A stretch of DNA of 64,000 bases. Source: Octopus vulgaris (taxonomy: Eukaryota). The stretch lies in assembly GCA_951406725.2 (NCBI GenBank), contig OX597815.1, positions 135,346,001 through 135,410,000 on the forward strand, in the 5' to 3' direction. Below the pieces are notes generated by a model. The model made no database searches, had not been told where the DNA came from, and saw nothing but the letters and a program-made list of their open reading frames with translations. The stretch's first letter is position 1, and each line of letters starts with the position of its first letter. The translations under genes were made by a program, and so were the position numbers. Shown here one piece after another: positions 24,770 through 38,495 of this stretch.

Positions 24770-27086
24770 CTGAGAGAAGAAAACTACTAACCAAAAAAAG
24801 AGTTCTCCGTCATCATTTTAATAAGTATTTCTTTTAAATCATAATAGAAATGATTGTTTCTTACACATGCACCAAGTCATACATTTAGTTGGAGAAGCAA
24901 AGCCAATTTCAAAAGAAGATGAACTCAGAGTGTAAAGCATCAGTGCAATTTGAACTCAGAATGAACTCAGAAAACTCAGAAAGTGCCAGAAAGAATAACA
25001 CAGAACATATTTAATGACATTCAAAATTATTCTACCTTTCCTCTTTCTAATTTATGTACAAAGCCAACTATTTTGAGGGGAGGGGGTCAGTTGATTAACT
25101 TGGTCGTGGTACTTGACTGTTACTATATTTGATCATCCCTTGAGTGCTGAAAGGCAAAGTTGATCCTAGCATGATTCGGACACAAACATAAAGAGTTAAA
25201 TGATAATAAAAATCACATCAAAAGTTTGGTACAAAGTCACATATTTATAAACGAAGGTTACAGTTGACTGAATGAACTCTAGTAAACATTTATTTTGATC
25301 AGCTCTGGAGGGATGAAAGGCAAAGTATGACAGATGCAGGGTTTAAATACATAAAGAAATGTAACACTATTTTAGAACTGCAGTTTCTACAACTCTACAA
25401 TGCTAGCTAATAAAAACAAATATGTTGGTTCTTTTTCACATTTTGCTCAGCAGCAGTTGCTGTTCACAACAATTATGATGACGATAACAAATTATGAATG
25501 ATGTGAAAAAAAAGACAGGAAAAAAATGTCCCAAAAATATTTGTATAAACAGTTAAATCTAAAATTGATTATTCGTACAAGACAGACGGCTATTAATTTG
25601 TAAGATAACTGCTTCTTTGGATCTGGTAGTTAACAAAGCAAGCCATAGTGAACAGAATGCTGTGTCTTTGAGATCTTGTTCAGATAAGTGATTTTTCAAG
25701 TAACCAAGATTTAGTTATATCTATATTTATTCTCATCTTTAATATTATCTGAATACTTAATTCAGACAAAGATTTAACATTGGAAAACTTCAGTGTACAG
25801 TGTTGGTGACATTCTTTAGCATGGTTAATACAACTGCAATATCCAAAGTAATTCTTGACATAGCAGCAGACAACTGTCCATATGCAAATATATCAGATCA
25901 GATCTATTTTACTTAATGACTGGTGCTGTGGCATATCGACTGTTCTTGTGAAAGCCATTCAAACTGGAAACTGTAATCGCATATGGATGAATGGCAGAGT
26001 GGTGTCAAAAGGTTTAGTTTGATTATAGGCACAATGAGATGTATTTTTATAATATTTGTCTTCTGTAACAAACACACTGTTTGTAGTATTGATGTCAATC
26101 AACTACAAACTGGCAAAAATGCCCTGAGACTAATTTCATGTGCTAGAATCTAAATCTGGTGGTATATAAATACAAATCTGGTATATGAATGAATCTGTTG
26201 ATGACACACTTTGTTTCCTTTCACAAAATGATTTACATTTATTAGATTATGATGTTTCAGGTTGATTTTAGCCAAACTTAAAGAAAGCAGGCTTGTTCCC
26301 CAACCATGTGTGTTTTAAAGGTCAATCTCACTGTATGGCAGGTTGAATAAATGTCTTCATCTATAGCTTCAGTCCAACTAAAGCCTTGGCCTTGAGAATG
26401 AGTTTGGCAGAAGGAAACTGCACAAACTCTGTCATATATATATATATATATATACATACATACACATTGTGTATTTATTTGAACGTGTTCACTTGGGCAT
26501 GTGAGTGTGCACTTATGTCTCCTTTTCTTGACATCATGCAACAGTGGTAAACAAGCATCACTGTCATACATACAGAGTCATTTGTTTCTAACCTTCTTTG
26601 AAAACATGTCTAGCCATAGAGAGCAGGTGAGGATGGTAAGAATGTGGGTATCTAGCTATAGAAAAATCTACCTTAACAAACTCCACTTGACCCATGCAAA
26701 CATGAAAAAGTGAACATTAAAACAATCATGATGGTAAAACTGAACATTGAAATGGATATTTAACTATGGAAATGAGGGAATTTCAACACTGTTGTTTCAA
26801 TGTTTCGCTTTGGCCATTTACTTCAGTTCTCTGTAAGTAAATTTGTTGACAATGTCTGTAAGTGGATGAAGCTAAGTTCCATTTTGGTGACAAGCAGTTT
26901 GAAAATCAGTGTTACACAATTCTCAAGCAATCCATCACTGTTGTTGATGATTCTTCTATTATAGACAACTTGCAATTTTGAAAGAATTGCATTTGAATGT
27001 AAAAGAGTCAGAATGAATACCACAGGGCAGTTTATTTGATACATTAACAATTCAGCTAATCCATGCCCTCACCACTCTTTAATACT

Positions 27087-27122
<36 letters not shown>

Positions 27123-27376
27123 CCTTTGTGGGAGGGAACACTGGCCCCAGTGTTTCACTGGTACTTAATTTATCAACCCCAAAAGGACAAAAGGTAAAAT
27201 CGACTTTGGTGAAATTTGAACTGAGAACATAAAGACAAGCGAAATGCCACAAAGCATTTTGTCTGGCATGCTAACGATTCTACCAGCTCACTACCTTGAT
27301 AATGATAGCAGTAGTAATAGTAGTAAACAGCAATAATAATCCCTGTTAAATATGGTACAGGAACCAGTAACTTTAC

Positions 27377-27533
27377 CTGGAGGGGTTAGTAGAACTGTTA
27401 CAAAAGGTTTGCCTCCTTGGCATGGCGAGAATAATCAGGAAAGTATTAGCTGAAAAGAATGGATAGCATGGTACCGTAGGCTGCAGGTAGCAAGCCAACT
27501 ATGCATGCAAGACTCCAGGAGCTTCAACAAAAC
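27377..27533 (-). other. Candidate 157-nt exon with possible start codon
   Basis: tctttatcacag|GTTTTG...CCTCCAG|gtaaag. All three frames are closed upstream of GCC-ATG at 27423, which gives MPRRQTFCNSSTNPS. Confidence 0.35.
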
Positions 27534-28141
27534 CTGTGATAAAGACAATAATTCGTTCTACCATAGGCACAAGGCCTAAAATTTGGGGGGAGAGATAACT
27601 AATTGTCAGATAACTAATGTGATTAATATGGTAAGCGCCAGAATTATATACCCCAATGAACTTATATGTGTGTGTGCATGTGTGACTGTATGGTTAAGAA
27701 ATTTGCTTCTCAAATATGTGGTCCTGAGTCCAGCCAAATTGCACAGCACCTTGGGCAAATCCCTTCCACATAGTTATGGGCCAACAAAAACCTTATGAGT
27801 GGATTTGGAAGACAGAAGCTGAAAGATGCTATCATCATCATTTAACATCCAGTTTCCATTCTTGCCCATCATTACTATGTGTATGCTCTTGTGTAGATAT
27901 TACATGATGGTTGTAAATAAGAATCATTGTCATACAAGAGTGGTTGTTCATTTCCTGTCTCCTATGGAAAAATGTCAATCTATGAGGAAATATTTTGCTT
28001 AGAAACTGGTGAGGGTTGGTGATAGGAAGGGCATCTACCTCAACAAATTCTGTCTGGCCCATGCAAACATGGGAAAGTGGACATTAAATTTAGGTTATAT
28101 ACCACCATCATGTTTCATGCAGGCATGGTTTGGGTATGCAT

Positions 28142-28176
<35 letters not shown>

Positions 28177-28203
28177 TAAATTTATATATATATATTTATA
28201 TAT

Positions 28204-28773
28204 ATTATAAAATGAGATAGGGGTTGAAAATTCAACCCACCATGGGATAATATATATCCAATATACTGCTAAAAACTATTAGCTAAATATGTATGATATC
28301 GGTACTTATTAATATTATATATACACTATTATATATTTTGTTTTATTTTGTTCTGGTTACCTTCCTTTTTGTACAAATGTGTATTATATTATACAAGTGT
28401 AGCATTATGATGTATAAGTTTTTATATTTTACTTTTTTATATTTTTATATTTATATGTATATGATTATATAATATTTTTCACTATTATAACAAATTTAAT
28501 TTAATTCTCTGAAGAGGCCGTGGGGCATCTTTGTTAATGCCTCATTTATACCTGCCTTTATGGCTTATAGGTTAAATGAGGTATGACTGTCCTCACTGCC
28601 GAAACAGCTGTCAGTTTTGATTTATTTGCATATTGTATTTGTAATTTTTTACTTATATCTCTTTATCTTTTTACTTTTACTATTACTGTATATCTCATTT
28701 CATTTTATATATTGCCTTTAATCCTATGTAATGGTGTATTAAAGTATGGATTGAGTATCATCGGATAATTGAT
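28204..28773 (+). mobile_element. ~570-bp non-coding, AT-rich element carrying a hammerhead ribozyme (Penelope-like/retrozyme-like)
   Basis: Flanked by ~45-50-bp direct repeats gtgtgagagagagtaaatttatatatatatatttatatatat (~28158-28205 and ~28773-28823). Contains the hammerhead at 28509-28612. Confidence 0.55.
28501..28620 (+). ncRNA. Type I hammerhead ribozyme motif with extended stem II
   Basis: CUGAAGA at 28509-28515, stem II closed by GGC/GCC (28516-18 with 28598-600), GAAAC at 28601-05, palindromic ACAGCUGU stem III and a GUC cleavage triplet at 28610-12. Stem I is weak. Confidence 0.7.
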
Positions 28774-30559
28774 GTGTGTGTGTGAGAGAGAGAGTAAATT
28801 TATATATATATATTTATATATATACACATCATTATTATCTCATTTTATATCAGACTACCATGTTGATGTGTGTTGTACAGCTGGTGAACTGTGTCTAGCT
28901 CCAATGTCTTAGTTTTGGCATGGTTTCTATGACTGGATGCACTTCCTAATACCAACCACTTTACAAGGTAGCGTGAGGGATTACTTTCATTGTATCTGCA
29001 CTAATGAGGTACCAGCACTACTGATGTCAACTTGTAACTGGCAAGACTAAAGAATCACCAAAACTGGAAAAAAAATATACAAGGAAAAGGATGACATTAC
29101 AGAGGTCAATCACTCACAAATGGGAATGTCTTACATAAAGCTGTAGAAAAAAAAGTACATCTATGGTAAACTATGTAACTACAGATCTGCATAAAAATCT
29201 AGATATGCAGGGATTTTCCAAGAAAACACAAAGCGAACTAACTTTCATCTTTCAAATCCAATCAATTAGTGGTGTAGTGAAGATTTGGAAAACTTTCCAT
29301 GGATTCTCCCTTTGAGTTTACTGAAATGAACATATATACGCAATATATGGTATATGCACAAAGAGAAAGAGATAAGCCCACTCAACATATGAAGGCATAA
29401 TGCATGCATGTATCCATATATATATGTATATATATATATATCTATCCAATATTCATCTATATATATGTATGCACAAACTACTCATATATTCACAATCCCT
29501 GAAACTATCTCAAACAAAAGAAAAGCAATCGTCAATTTGTTAGCAGCCAGCTTGAATTCTGAGAACTTGAATAAATCTTAAAGAAAAGCATATACAGAAC
29601 CACATATATATACCTATACATGCACACACACACACACACATATAAATATTATTCTTTTGAAAATCTCGAAGGAAATACAAAATTTATAACAAGATTAGAT
29701 AAGAATTATGATGGAAGATGGCTTCAAGCAATCAATTATATTACATAGTCTTTTTTCTTTCCTCCAAGTTTGAGTTGAAAAAATAAATTAGATTAAAAAT
29801 ATATAATATGGGCAGAAAAATAAATTCGACAAAATATTAGATAAAATAGAAAATATAATAATTTTGAGTATAAAACATAGATTTTTACTATTGCATATAA
29901 TATGATTTTTAGCTTCAACACAGGGCCATAAATTTGCAACAGAGATCGCATCATCTGAATTGACTTCAGTACATAACAAATAATAGTTTTATTGACCCAA
30001 GAGGGATAAAAGTGGCTGCTTGCCTCATTGGAAATAGCACTTAAATTTCCCTCATATCACATCTCTTAAACATAGTGTATCTTTGATTACATTATCCATT
30101 GTCTTTCATTTAAAAGAGCACAGAAATACAGATTGCTTAGATCTGGAATACATTTGATCACACATTTGTCCAGTGAGGGTTGATATGGGTCTAAACAACA
30201 TCAATAGCCATAGGTCCAGTGTACCAAACAAACAAGTTGTGTTTGTTAACAAATATAAGCAAAGCATTATTGGTTTTCAAATATATAAAGAAATAAATTC
30301 TTTTGAAATCACAATATTCAAAATGACAACTTCAATTTTGGTTTCCTTATCATTAATCTAATGAAAGTTAAAATGCCCCCAGGACAGAATGCTAGGCTAC
30401 TGATGGCAACATATTTCATAAAATCTAAATCTCATAGTTATTCCTAACAGCTAAGTGAACTGTGGTTACTTGCAGCAGGCTTGAATTCAAGACCTTCGCT
30501 CTGTTATACTATATCAAGTCAACTATTCTTTTTCTACTTTAATACAATATGGTTTCTAT

Positions 30560-31110
30560 TCATTGTAGTAGCATTGGTTTTGTGCTTCTTAAAAAACCAT
30601 TCACATGCCCTCTCCTCTCCCCTTCTGCATTTTCGTGAAATCCTTGCTCATGCACCCTGGTCAATCTTTTACCATTCCGTTTATATTCACCTCCTTGCAC
30701 TTTCAGAGTATGTCCTGGCACATCAATACCATCTCTCTCATACTCTTGCTCACTCTCTCCTTCCCGCTGGGGTAATCATGAATTTTTTCTACAGCCAGAT
30801 ACATGTTTCTATCCTTCTGTCGTACTCCGATCTTTCATCACCTAGTACAAAACTACCTCCTTCAATATCACTCCCCTCTCAGTTGAGGGACCTTTGTTTT
30901 GCAAGTTACTTAGTGACCTCACTGTCACTGGTGCCATGTAAAATGTACCCAGTCCACTCTGAAGCAGTTGGCATTAGGAAAGGCATCCAGCCATAAAAAC
31001 CATATCTAAGCAGACACTGGAGCTTGGTGCAGTCCTCCGGCTTACCAACACCAATCAAACTGTCCAACCCATGCCAAAATGGAAGATGGACATTAAATGA
31101 AGATGATGAT
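30560..31110 (+). mobile_element. RTE 3' UTR and tail fragment
   Basis: Pyrimidine-rich tract followed by gttggcattaggaaaggcatccagccataaaaac and (gat)n, as in 17160-17870. Confidence 0.7.
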
Positions 31111-31720
31111 TTCCAACCAAATAATACCTGGCAAGTAGATTGCTATAATTTCCACCATCCAATATTTGAATGTTTCTGATTTTTGTCCCAATGTAATTGT
31201 TTGCTAGCTTGGGGGTTCCTTCTAGCATCACAAAAACCACTGAAAGCAAGGAAGTCCTAAGCAAATTACAAAAGTGAAATCAACAGGGGGACTTCTGCAT
31301 ATTTTTGAAATTTTGCTTCTTCATTAAGTTATCAATCAATATTACAACAAAATATATACCGAGTGAGAAAATGGCTTATACAAAATTTGAAAATCAAAAT
31401 GCAATAGGTGATATAGGGTAAAATATGTTGAAAAATTCATCAAAAATTTAGAGTAAGATTTCCAATGTTAAATATTTTAGGGTTAATATAAAGTAGAATA
31501 TTTCTTTCAGATATGAGGTGGGATGGGATTGACAGCTAACAGCTCATTCAAAACCTTTGCTTTTACTTGAAATAACTCTTGCTTTGCGTACCAGCAAAAC
31601 AGATATTTCACTCATCAAATCATTCCTCATCAAATAAATCCATAATGAAAGACATTCTATCCATGACCATCCTGTCACTTCTATGTTAAAAACACAGTAA
31701 AGAAAGTGTTCTTTTTTTTT

Positions 31721-31936
31721 ACCCTTTAGCATTTAAACTGGCCATATCTGACCTAATTATTCTTGTTTAATGCACTAAACAGCCAGATCTAGCTTATCAC
31801 ACCAACCTTACAATGTCATTCTAAAAATAAACAATTACATCATCAAAATCTTAAAGCTATAAGATAATGCCTAATTGATTTAAAACAATGTGAATGAATA
31901 TGTATAACATTTCATAAAAGAATCTGAACGCTAAGG
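31721..31936. mobile_element. Degraded MITE with piggyBac-like CCC terminus
   Basis: Left end accctttagcattt pairs imperfectly with right end gaacgctaagg. TTAA TSD is not preserved. Confidence 0.4.
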
Positions 31937-33271
31937 CAATACAATTCAAAAGAGATGTAGATGCTATTTCTAACAGGTTGAGCAGCAGCAAAGAGGCTAT
32001 AAAGTTGGAATTTTCACACAAAATATGCTTAAAATACTATGTCTATTCTGTTAATAATCTGTGAGTAAGCTACATTTATTTACACAACATTTATAAGCGG
32101 CTTTCGTTATATATAATATCTGAAAGATGTTTTCACTCAAATCATGAAGGTATAATTAAATAGATTCATATCAGTATACTAACTACAAATCAGAGAAAAG
32201 CATATTACAACATCTGAGTGGAATTTAACCTTAATGTTGGGCAGATAGGATAAGTTACATTAATATTAAGTTACACTGGCAAAATACAAGGGAGATGAAT
32301 GTTATAAAAATCTGTCTGTGACAGAGTTGGTCTACTTGCATTATGCAAGATATATGTATGTGCAAGTGAAACAATTCATATGTTTTAAGTGATTGGAGAA
32401 ATGGAATTTAGAGCATACTAATGGCTACCAGACAGCAGCTCCACCAACAAATCTGGTAGCAGTTTTTATGATAAAAAAAAAATGTTTTATTTTGTATATT
32501 TTCCTAATTTATACTATATTGGTTTTAACTGCTGGCAATAAAGCCTGTACAAATGTTTCTTTATGATTAGAACTTGCCTGACTTACAAATTACAGTTGCT
32601 AGACGTTCAATTAAAAGAAGAAAAAAAATCCTAACTTCTGAAAGCACTGGAAGCAGAGGCTTAAAATCTTTAATACTTTAGGCCCCAAGTTAAAAAATGG
32701 GACTAAGGAAGGGAGATTCTTGTTACTTGATAAAACCATCAAGTGGATGCAAGCTTTCATCCACTTGGATCACAAGAAGCAAAACAACTTATTACATAGC
32801 TAACATCATCTTGATGAAAATTATACTATAGCCACCACTATCATATCAATTACCCATACAACATACTACACCGATACCACATCAAATACTCTCACACCAA
32901 AAAGTTTATTTCAGCATGGACACATTTAGGATTATAAACGCATGCAAATATTAGTTATATTATGCGCATGTATATGCAATGTGCATATGTATTAGTATTT
33001 GCACATGCACTTGCGATTTTGTGTGTCTATGTAAGTGAAATAGTATGTATATATGTGTAGAAATATGCAGTCATAGAAACCAAATCAAAACAGACTATGG
33101 AACCTGGTGCAGTCCCTGGCCCTGCCAGTTCCTGTCACGCCATCCAAAGGACATCAAATGTTGATGTAACATGTGAACATGTACACAAGCACATATCTAT
33201 ATCTATCTATCTATCTATATATATATATATATACATATACATGCATACACACACACATATATATATATATA

Positions 33272-33530
33272 TCACCTTGATCACCTTGACCGACCAGTCC
33301 GTCAGGTGTCCATTTGACACCGTTGGTCACAGCATGCTGTCCACTCCTCTCTGGATCGCGCCTTTCTCATCCACGTAATCCCAATCATCCTCCTGAAATC
33401 GTAACTCCACCATCGTGGAGGTCTTCTGGGTGGTCTTTTCCACTCATGCGGGTACCACTCGACAACTGCTTGCGTCCACCGATTATCGGTGAGCCGGGCG
33501 ACGTGTCCAGCCCATCTATACTTGCTGCTT
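33272..33530 (-). mobile_element. Young GC-rich RTE 3' fragment (third family), stop-free C-terminus
   Basis: SSKYRWAGHVARLTDNRWTQAVVEWYPHEWKRPPRRPPRWW...WMRKARSREEW...MDT* (stop 33302-33304). Tail (tcaaggtga)2. Inserted in (TA)n. Confidence 0.9.
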
Positions 33531-33570
33531 GTATATATATATATATATTACACACACACACATACATATA

Positions 33571-33670
33571 TCATCATCATCATCGTTTAGCGTCCGCTTC
33601 CCATGCTAGCATGGGTTGGACGGTTCAACTGGGGTCTGGGAAGCCAGAAGGCTGCACAAGGCCCAGTCTG
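33571..33670 (-). mobile_element. RTE-tail terminal 100 bp
   Basis: (cat)n cgtttagcgtccgcttcccatgctagcatgggttggacgg. Confidence 0.8.
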
Positions 33671-33676
33671 TCCTAT

Positions 33677-34673
33677 GGGACAGCTTTCTGAGTGCCACAG
33701 ACCAAATCGGCGGCTGGTGAAAAGTCCCTTCCAGACCTAGAGTAACATGGTGGTGGAATAATATAGTAGACAATACCATTAGAGCAAAAAAACAGGCCTG
33801 GATAGCCTAGAAGAGTCGGAGTAACAAGTAACAGTACCAGATATCCAGAAGAGAGGCTAGGCAACAGGTATACATAGCCAAGGGAGAAGCAGAAAAGAAG
33901 AAGTTTGCTAATGTTCAGCCACATTAGGACCAAAGAACTGAAGTATTTCGGATTGCAAGACTGTGTGCAAGAGAAAATTGGGATGTCACAAGAGAGAAAC
34001 GTGTCTGCATGGATGATGGTGCACTTGCTTTTAATGATTTTGCAAAAAAAGAAGCTTGGAGAAGCCATTATGAAAGGCTGCTGAATGTGGAGAATGAATG
34101 GTAAGAGGAGAGACTGCCAAATGTTGACCCAATAGAGGGACCAGCTACCTGGATAGATAGCACCCTGGTAGATAAAGCAATTAAGAAAAGCCCCTGGCCC
34201 ATCAGAAATCACTGCTGAGATGCTTAAACTATCTGGTGGTGTGGGTTATGACCTAGTCATCCATATTGTAAACCAGGTGGTTCACGAAGGAGTCATACCC
34301 AATGACTGGCATAGCAGCACCATAGTCAACTGCTACAAAGGTAAAGGTGATGCTTTAGATAGAAATAACTACAGGGATATCAAATTGCTGGATCAAGTGA
34401 TGAAGGTCACAGTAAGGGTCATAGCCTAACTAACTAGGGAGGGAGTCTGCTTAGCTGAGATGCAGTTTGGTTTTGTGCCAGGTAGAAGCATCACTGATGC
34501 TATATTCCTGATACTGCAACTGAAGGAGAAATACCTAGCCAAAGATAAACCCCTATACTTGGCTTTTGTTAACTTGGAGAGTGCTTTTGACATGGTCCCC
34601 TGATCCCTTATCTGGTGGGTGATGCAGAAACTAGAGATTGACAAGAGGTCAATAAGAGCTGTACAGGCCCTGT
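33677..34673 (+). mobile_element. RTE LINE internal fragment (linker plus N-terminal RT)
   Basis: RPRVTWWWNN, KAPGPSEITAEMLK, IPNDWHSSTIVNCYKGKGDALDRNNYRDIKLL and EMQFGFVPGRSITDAIFLILQLKEKYLAKDKPLYLAFVNLESAFD. Confidence 0.92.
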
Positions 34674-34732
34674 GTATATATATATATATACATATTACCT
34701 ATAATAAAAGTTATGACATATGATAAAATACT

Positions 34733-35321
34733 GAACAAGAAAATTTTACTTAAAATATTGCAGTGAAGGATAAAATTTGAATATTCAAAATTATTTGATT
34801 TTAATTTACAAAGTAACATTATAATTAAAAGAAGTACCATCTTTTCGTTAAAATATTGATACACTAGAATACTTAAAAAATGAGAGCCAGAAGTATCAAT
34901 ATAGCTAAAGTTTTATGTGAAGTAGAATAGTATATATGGTAGGCAAATTTATTATGTAAAAAATAGGCATTGGGTGAAAATGTGAACACTTGGTAATAAC
35001 TTAGGCAGTAACTCAAGTAAATTTTACTGTGAATTTGTTGTTATAGGTAATTTTTGCATTATTCTATTTATGTACTACTACTATTTTTATAACATACATT
35101 CAAATTTCAAATTATTAATTAATAATTTTAAAAAATTAATCTTTTTAAAGTGCAAAAGTAATTTTGGGTTATTTTTAATTTTTAATAGACGTAACATATA
35201 ATAACAGATAGAAATGTAATAAAATTTTTAGTTTTAATAAAAGCTAATATTTTCTAAATCTAAATATTTTATTTGAAATTTCATCCTTAGCTGCAATATT
35301 TTGAATAAAAATTTTCTTGTT
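34733..35321. repeat. ~50-bp inverted repeats bounding an AT-rich ~490-bp interior
   Basis: 34733-34783 gaacaagaaaattttacttaaaatattgcagtgaaggataaaattt matches the reverse complement of 35270-35321, gaacaagaaaattttattcaaaatattgcagctaaggatgaaattt. Confidence 0.75.
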
Positions 35322-36695
35322 CTTTACTTTCCCAGATGTAATACCTGAACTTTTCCAAGTGTAATAACTTGTCCTGTACTTTTCCAGATTTATAATCTTA
35401 AGAATATTATTTCTCTTGCTCACATTTTTCCATGTAATATAGGAATGTGTGAAGCAAACAAAAAGCTCAATTTAAATTATAATATACAACCAAAATAGAT
35501 TTACCTCTCCAGAAGAGAACATTAACTGATTATGGAAAAACATTGGATTACTGAATACTTACATTAAATGCAAAGCGAAGTAAATAACAAAGTCATGATA
35601 CAAAGTATCCAAAATCCATAGAGACTACTGACCAGAGACATTCACAAAGTAAATGAATTGCTCTTCAACATACACTACAAATGGTAATTCTTTTGTTGAA
35701 TTAAACTGTCTGTGTTTCGGTCAATTTTGAAAATGAGGGAGAATTTGATATGAAAGTCATACCAATCAAAATTTTAAATGAACTTCCCTGGAGTGATCTG
35801 GAGTTGGAATCTGGAATGTAAGTAGACAACATAGTCTCAATGCAGTATGATGAAAAGAGCTACAGAAGATATTTTACTCTGACCTTACAATGGTTACTAG
35901 AGTTACTATGCCTCACTATCGTTCCACCTATTAGCTAAACAAACCTACTAATAAAGGAACTTGAAAAGTGAAACCATATCAGTAAAACCAGAAGATACAA
36001 ACAACATTACTAGAAAGAGTAGTTCTCTTCATTGAATGATAGATACATCATATCCCATATGGGAAAATATGTCTTTCACTATTCATGAAAAAGAAACATA
36101 CTAAATACTTGCTCGATAAAAGAAATTATACCTCCAAATCTCTGTGTTGTAATAGAAAATGACAATAGCCTATTCCAATGTGAAAGATGTTATCCACATT
36201 ATCAGCAGCAACCCAAGAACATGATACATTAGTGTACTGAGCCATGGTCACATTTTTGCATAAAAGCCAAAAATGCTGAGGTTTTCCATGAAAGAGCAAA
36301 GCAAATGATGAGTGGTACAATGAAAACTTGCAAAACATATCAAAGATACTCTTTTCAGAGTCACACATACATACATGGCATACATTCAAGTCATAAAAAG
36401 TAATTGCTGACATTCATATACCAAAGATATATGTATATATATATTTATACATCTGTTACACGAGTGCAAGTATATTGACACTTGCAACTAAATATATGTT
36501 CACACTAACACCCTCACATATTTTACAAAAAAAATTGATTCTCATAACTATCTTGACACATACAAAAAAATGTTTGTCACTTTGTTAGTGACTGGCTTCA
36601 GTTCTGCAAACAATAAGTCTCAAAAAAAAAAAGCCAAAAAACAAAAAGATCATATCTGTGTACACACACATGCATACACATACACAAATGCACAT

Positions 36696-36730
<35 letters not shown>

Positions 36731-37871
36731 TATGTGGAAAGATAACGAGATAAATATAAATATTTATGACATCTATGAAAGACAGAAAACCCTGCTCGGT
36801 GGACAGGTTGACTGACAGTTTGGTAGGGTTCTTCTGGAACCCTCCTTCATAGAAGAGCCTGTCTTCTAATAATAAATGGCATTTGATGACACACAGTGAT
36901 GTAAAGAGAAGTAGGAAGAGGAAATAGTAGTTGCAAAACACCCATCCTTCCTACATTTCCAAAAGATGTCGGTACCCTGCCACCTAACCACCACCCCATC
37001 TAAATATATACAGAAAAGAGTTAACAAATAATAGAAAGAAAAAAAAAATTAAACCAGTAAAGAAATCTCCTCTGGACTCCTGTTACAACAAACCTTGGTA
37101 ACTTAACCCTTGTAATTTTTAGTAGTGGTGGTGGTGATGGTGGTGGTGATGGGTGACACAGAATCTATGGTAGCTGTTGTAGAAGAGATGGAATTGGGGT
37201 GAAATGCTTTTTGCTGTTGGTAGTGCTGGTAATATAGAGTGTGGTGGTAGTGGTGGTGGTAGTAGTAGGAGGAGGAGAGGAGGAAGAGCTACAGTAACAA
37301 CAGTAGTAGTATGTGGATGGTAATGGGATAGATTTTTGTGGATCAGGTGATGAGCGAAGGTGGGTATGCAATGGTTGTAAGGGTAGATGGGGATCAAGTT
37401 GGTGCGGGGAGTTGGAAAACTAGAGTGGATGGGTTGGTGGATTATAGCAATAGCTTGGGAGGTTTATTAAGTTAGAGAGAGAGTAGTGGCAATAAGAGAG
37501 AAGCCAAACAAAAAAAACAAAAAAAATGAGGTGGGTGACGCTACATAGGCACAGCACTAGGAAAAAACAAGAGGAGGTTAGGATGGTGGTTTGAGAGGAT
37601 GGATCCAATACTGATGGAGAAACAGCTAATGGGGAGTGGGGTGGAGGTAAGTGGAATGGAGTGGAGAGGAGACATGCATGCAGGCATGCAATGAAGGGTA
37701 AGAGCAAGATGAAGGTAGATGGGTCAGACAAGATGGAATGAGGAGGAAATTGAGGGAAGTCAGTGAAGGAGATGGTGGGTAGTGACAGAGGGAGAAATGG
37801 ATAGAAGTAGCTGTAGAGATTGGAAGGATCAAATGAGATAAACATGAAGGAATGGAAAGAAACAAGGAACA

Positions 37872-38495
37872 GAAGGAAAGGAAGGAAGGAAAGGAAGGAA
37901 GGAAGGAAGGAAGGAAGGAAGGAAGGAAAGGAAGGAAGGAAGGAAGGAAGGAAGGAAGGAAGGAAGGAAGGAAGGAAGGAAGGAAGGAAGGAAGGAAGGA
38001 AGGAAGGAAGGAAGGAAGGAAGGAAGGAAGGAAGGAAGGAAGGAAGGAAGGAAGGAAGGAAAGGAAGGAGGGAAGGAAGGAAGGAAGGAAGGAAGGAAGG
38101 AAGGAAGGAAGGAAAGGAATGGATGGAAGGATAGAAGAGTGAGAAAGGATGGAAGGATGAGAGAGCGGGAATGGACAGAAGGATGAGAGGGAGGGAATGG
38201 ATGGAAGGATATGAGGGATGGAAGGATGAGAGAGTGGGAATGGACAGAAGGATGAGAGGGAGGGACCGGATGGATGGAAGGATATGAGAGAGAGGGGATG
38301 CATGGAAGAAAACTTTAAAGTGAAATATGATCACACAGTCACAATAATGGAAGAATGCTACAATAATGAATGAATGGATGAATGAATGAATGAAAAGGAA
38401 AATGAATGGATGAATGAATAGATGGATGAAAGGGTGGATGAATGGGTGATAGGTGGATGAATGGATGATAGCTGAATAAATAGGTGGATGGATGG
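37872..38495 (+). repeat. (GAAG)n microsatellite followed by purine-rich tandem units and (TGGA/TGAA)n
   Basis: About 240 bp of near-pure GAAG, then two ~70-bp ggatggaaggatgagagag..ggacagaaggatgagagggaggg units. Confidence 0.95.

Noticed and set aside
32740-32767. 10-bp perfect hairpin caagtggatg/catccacttg
   Set aside because: Too short and isolated to distinguish from chance.
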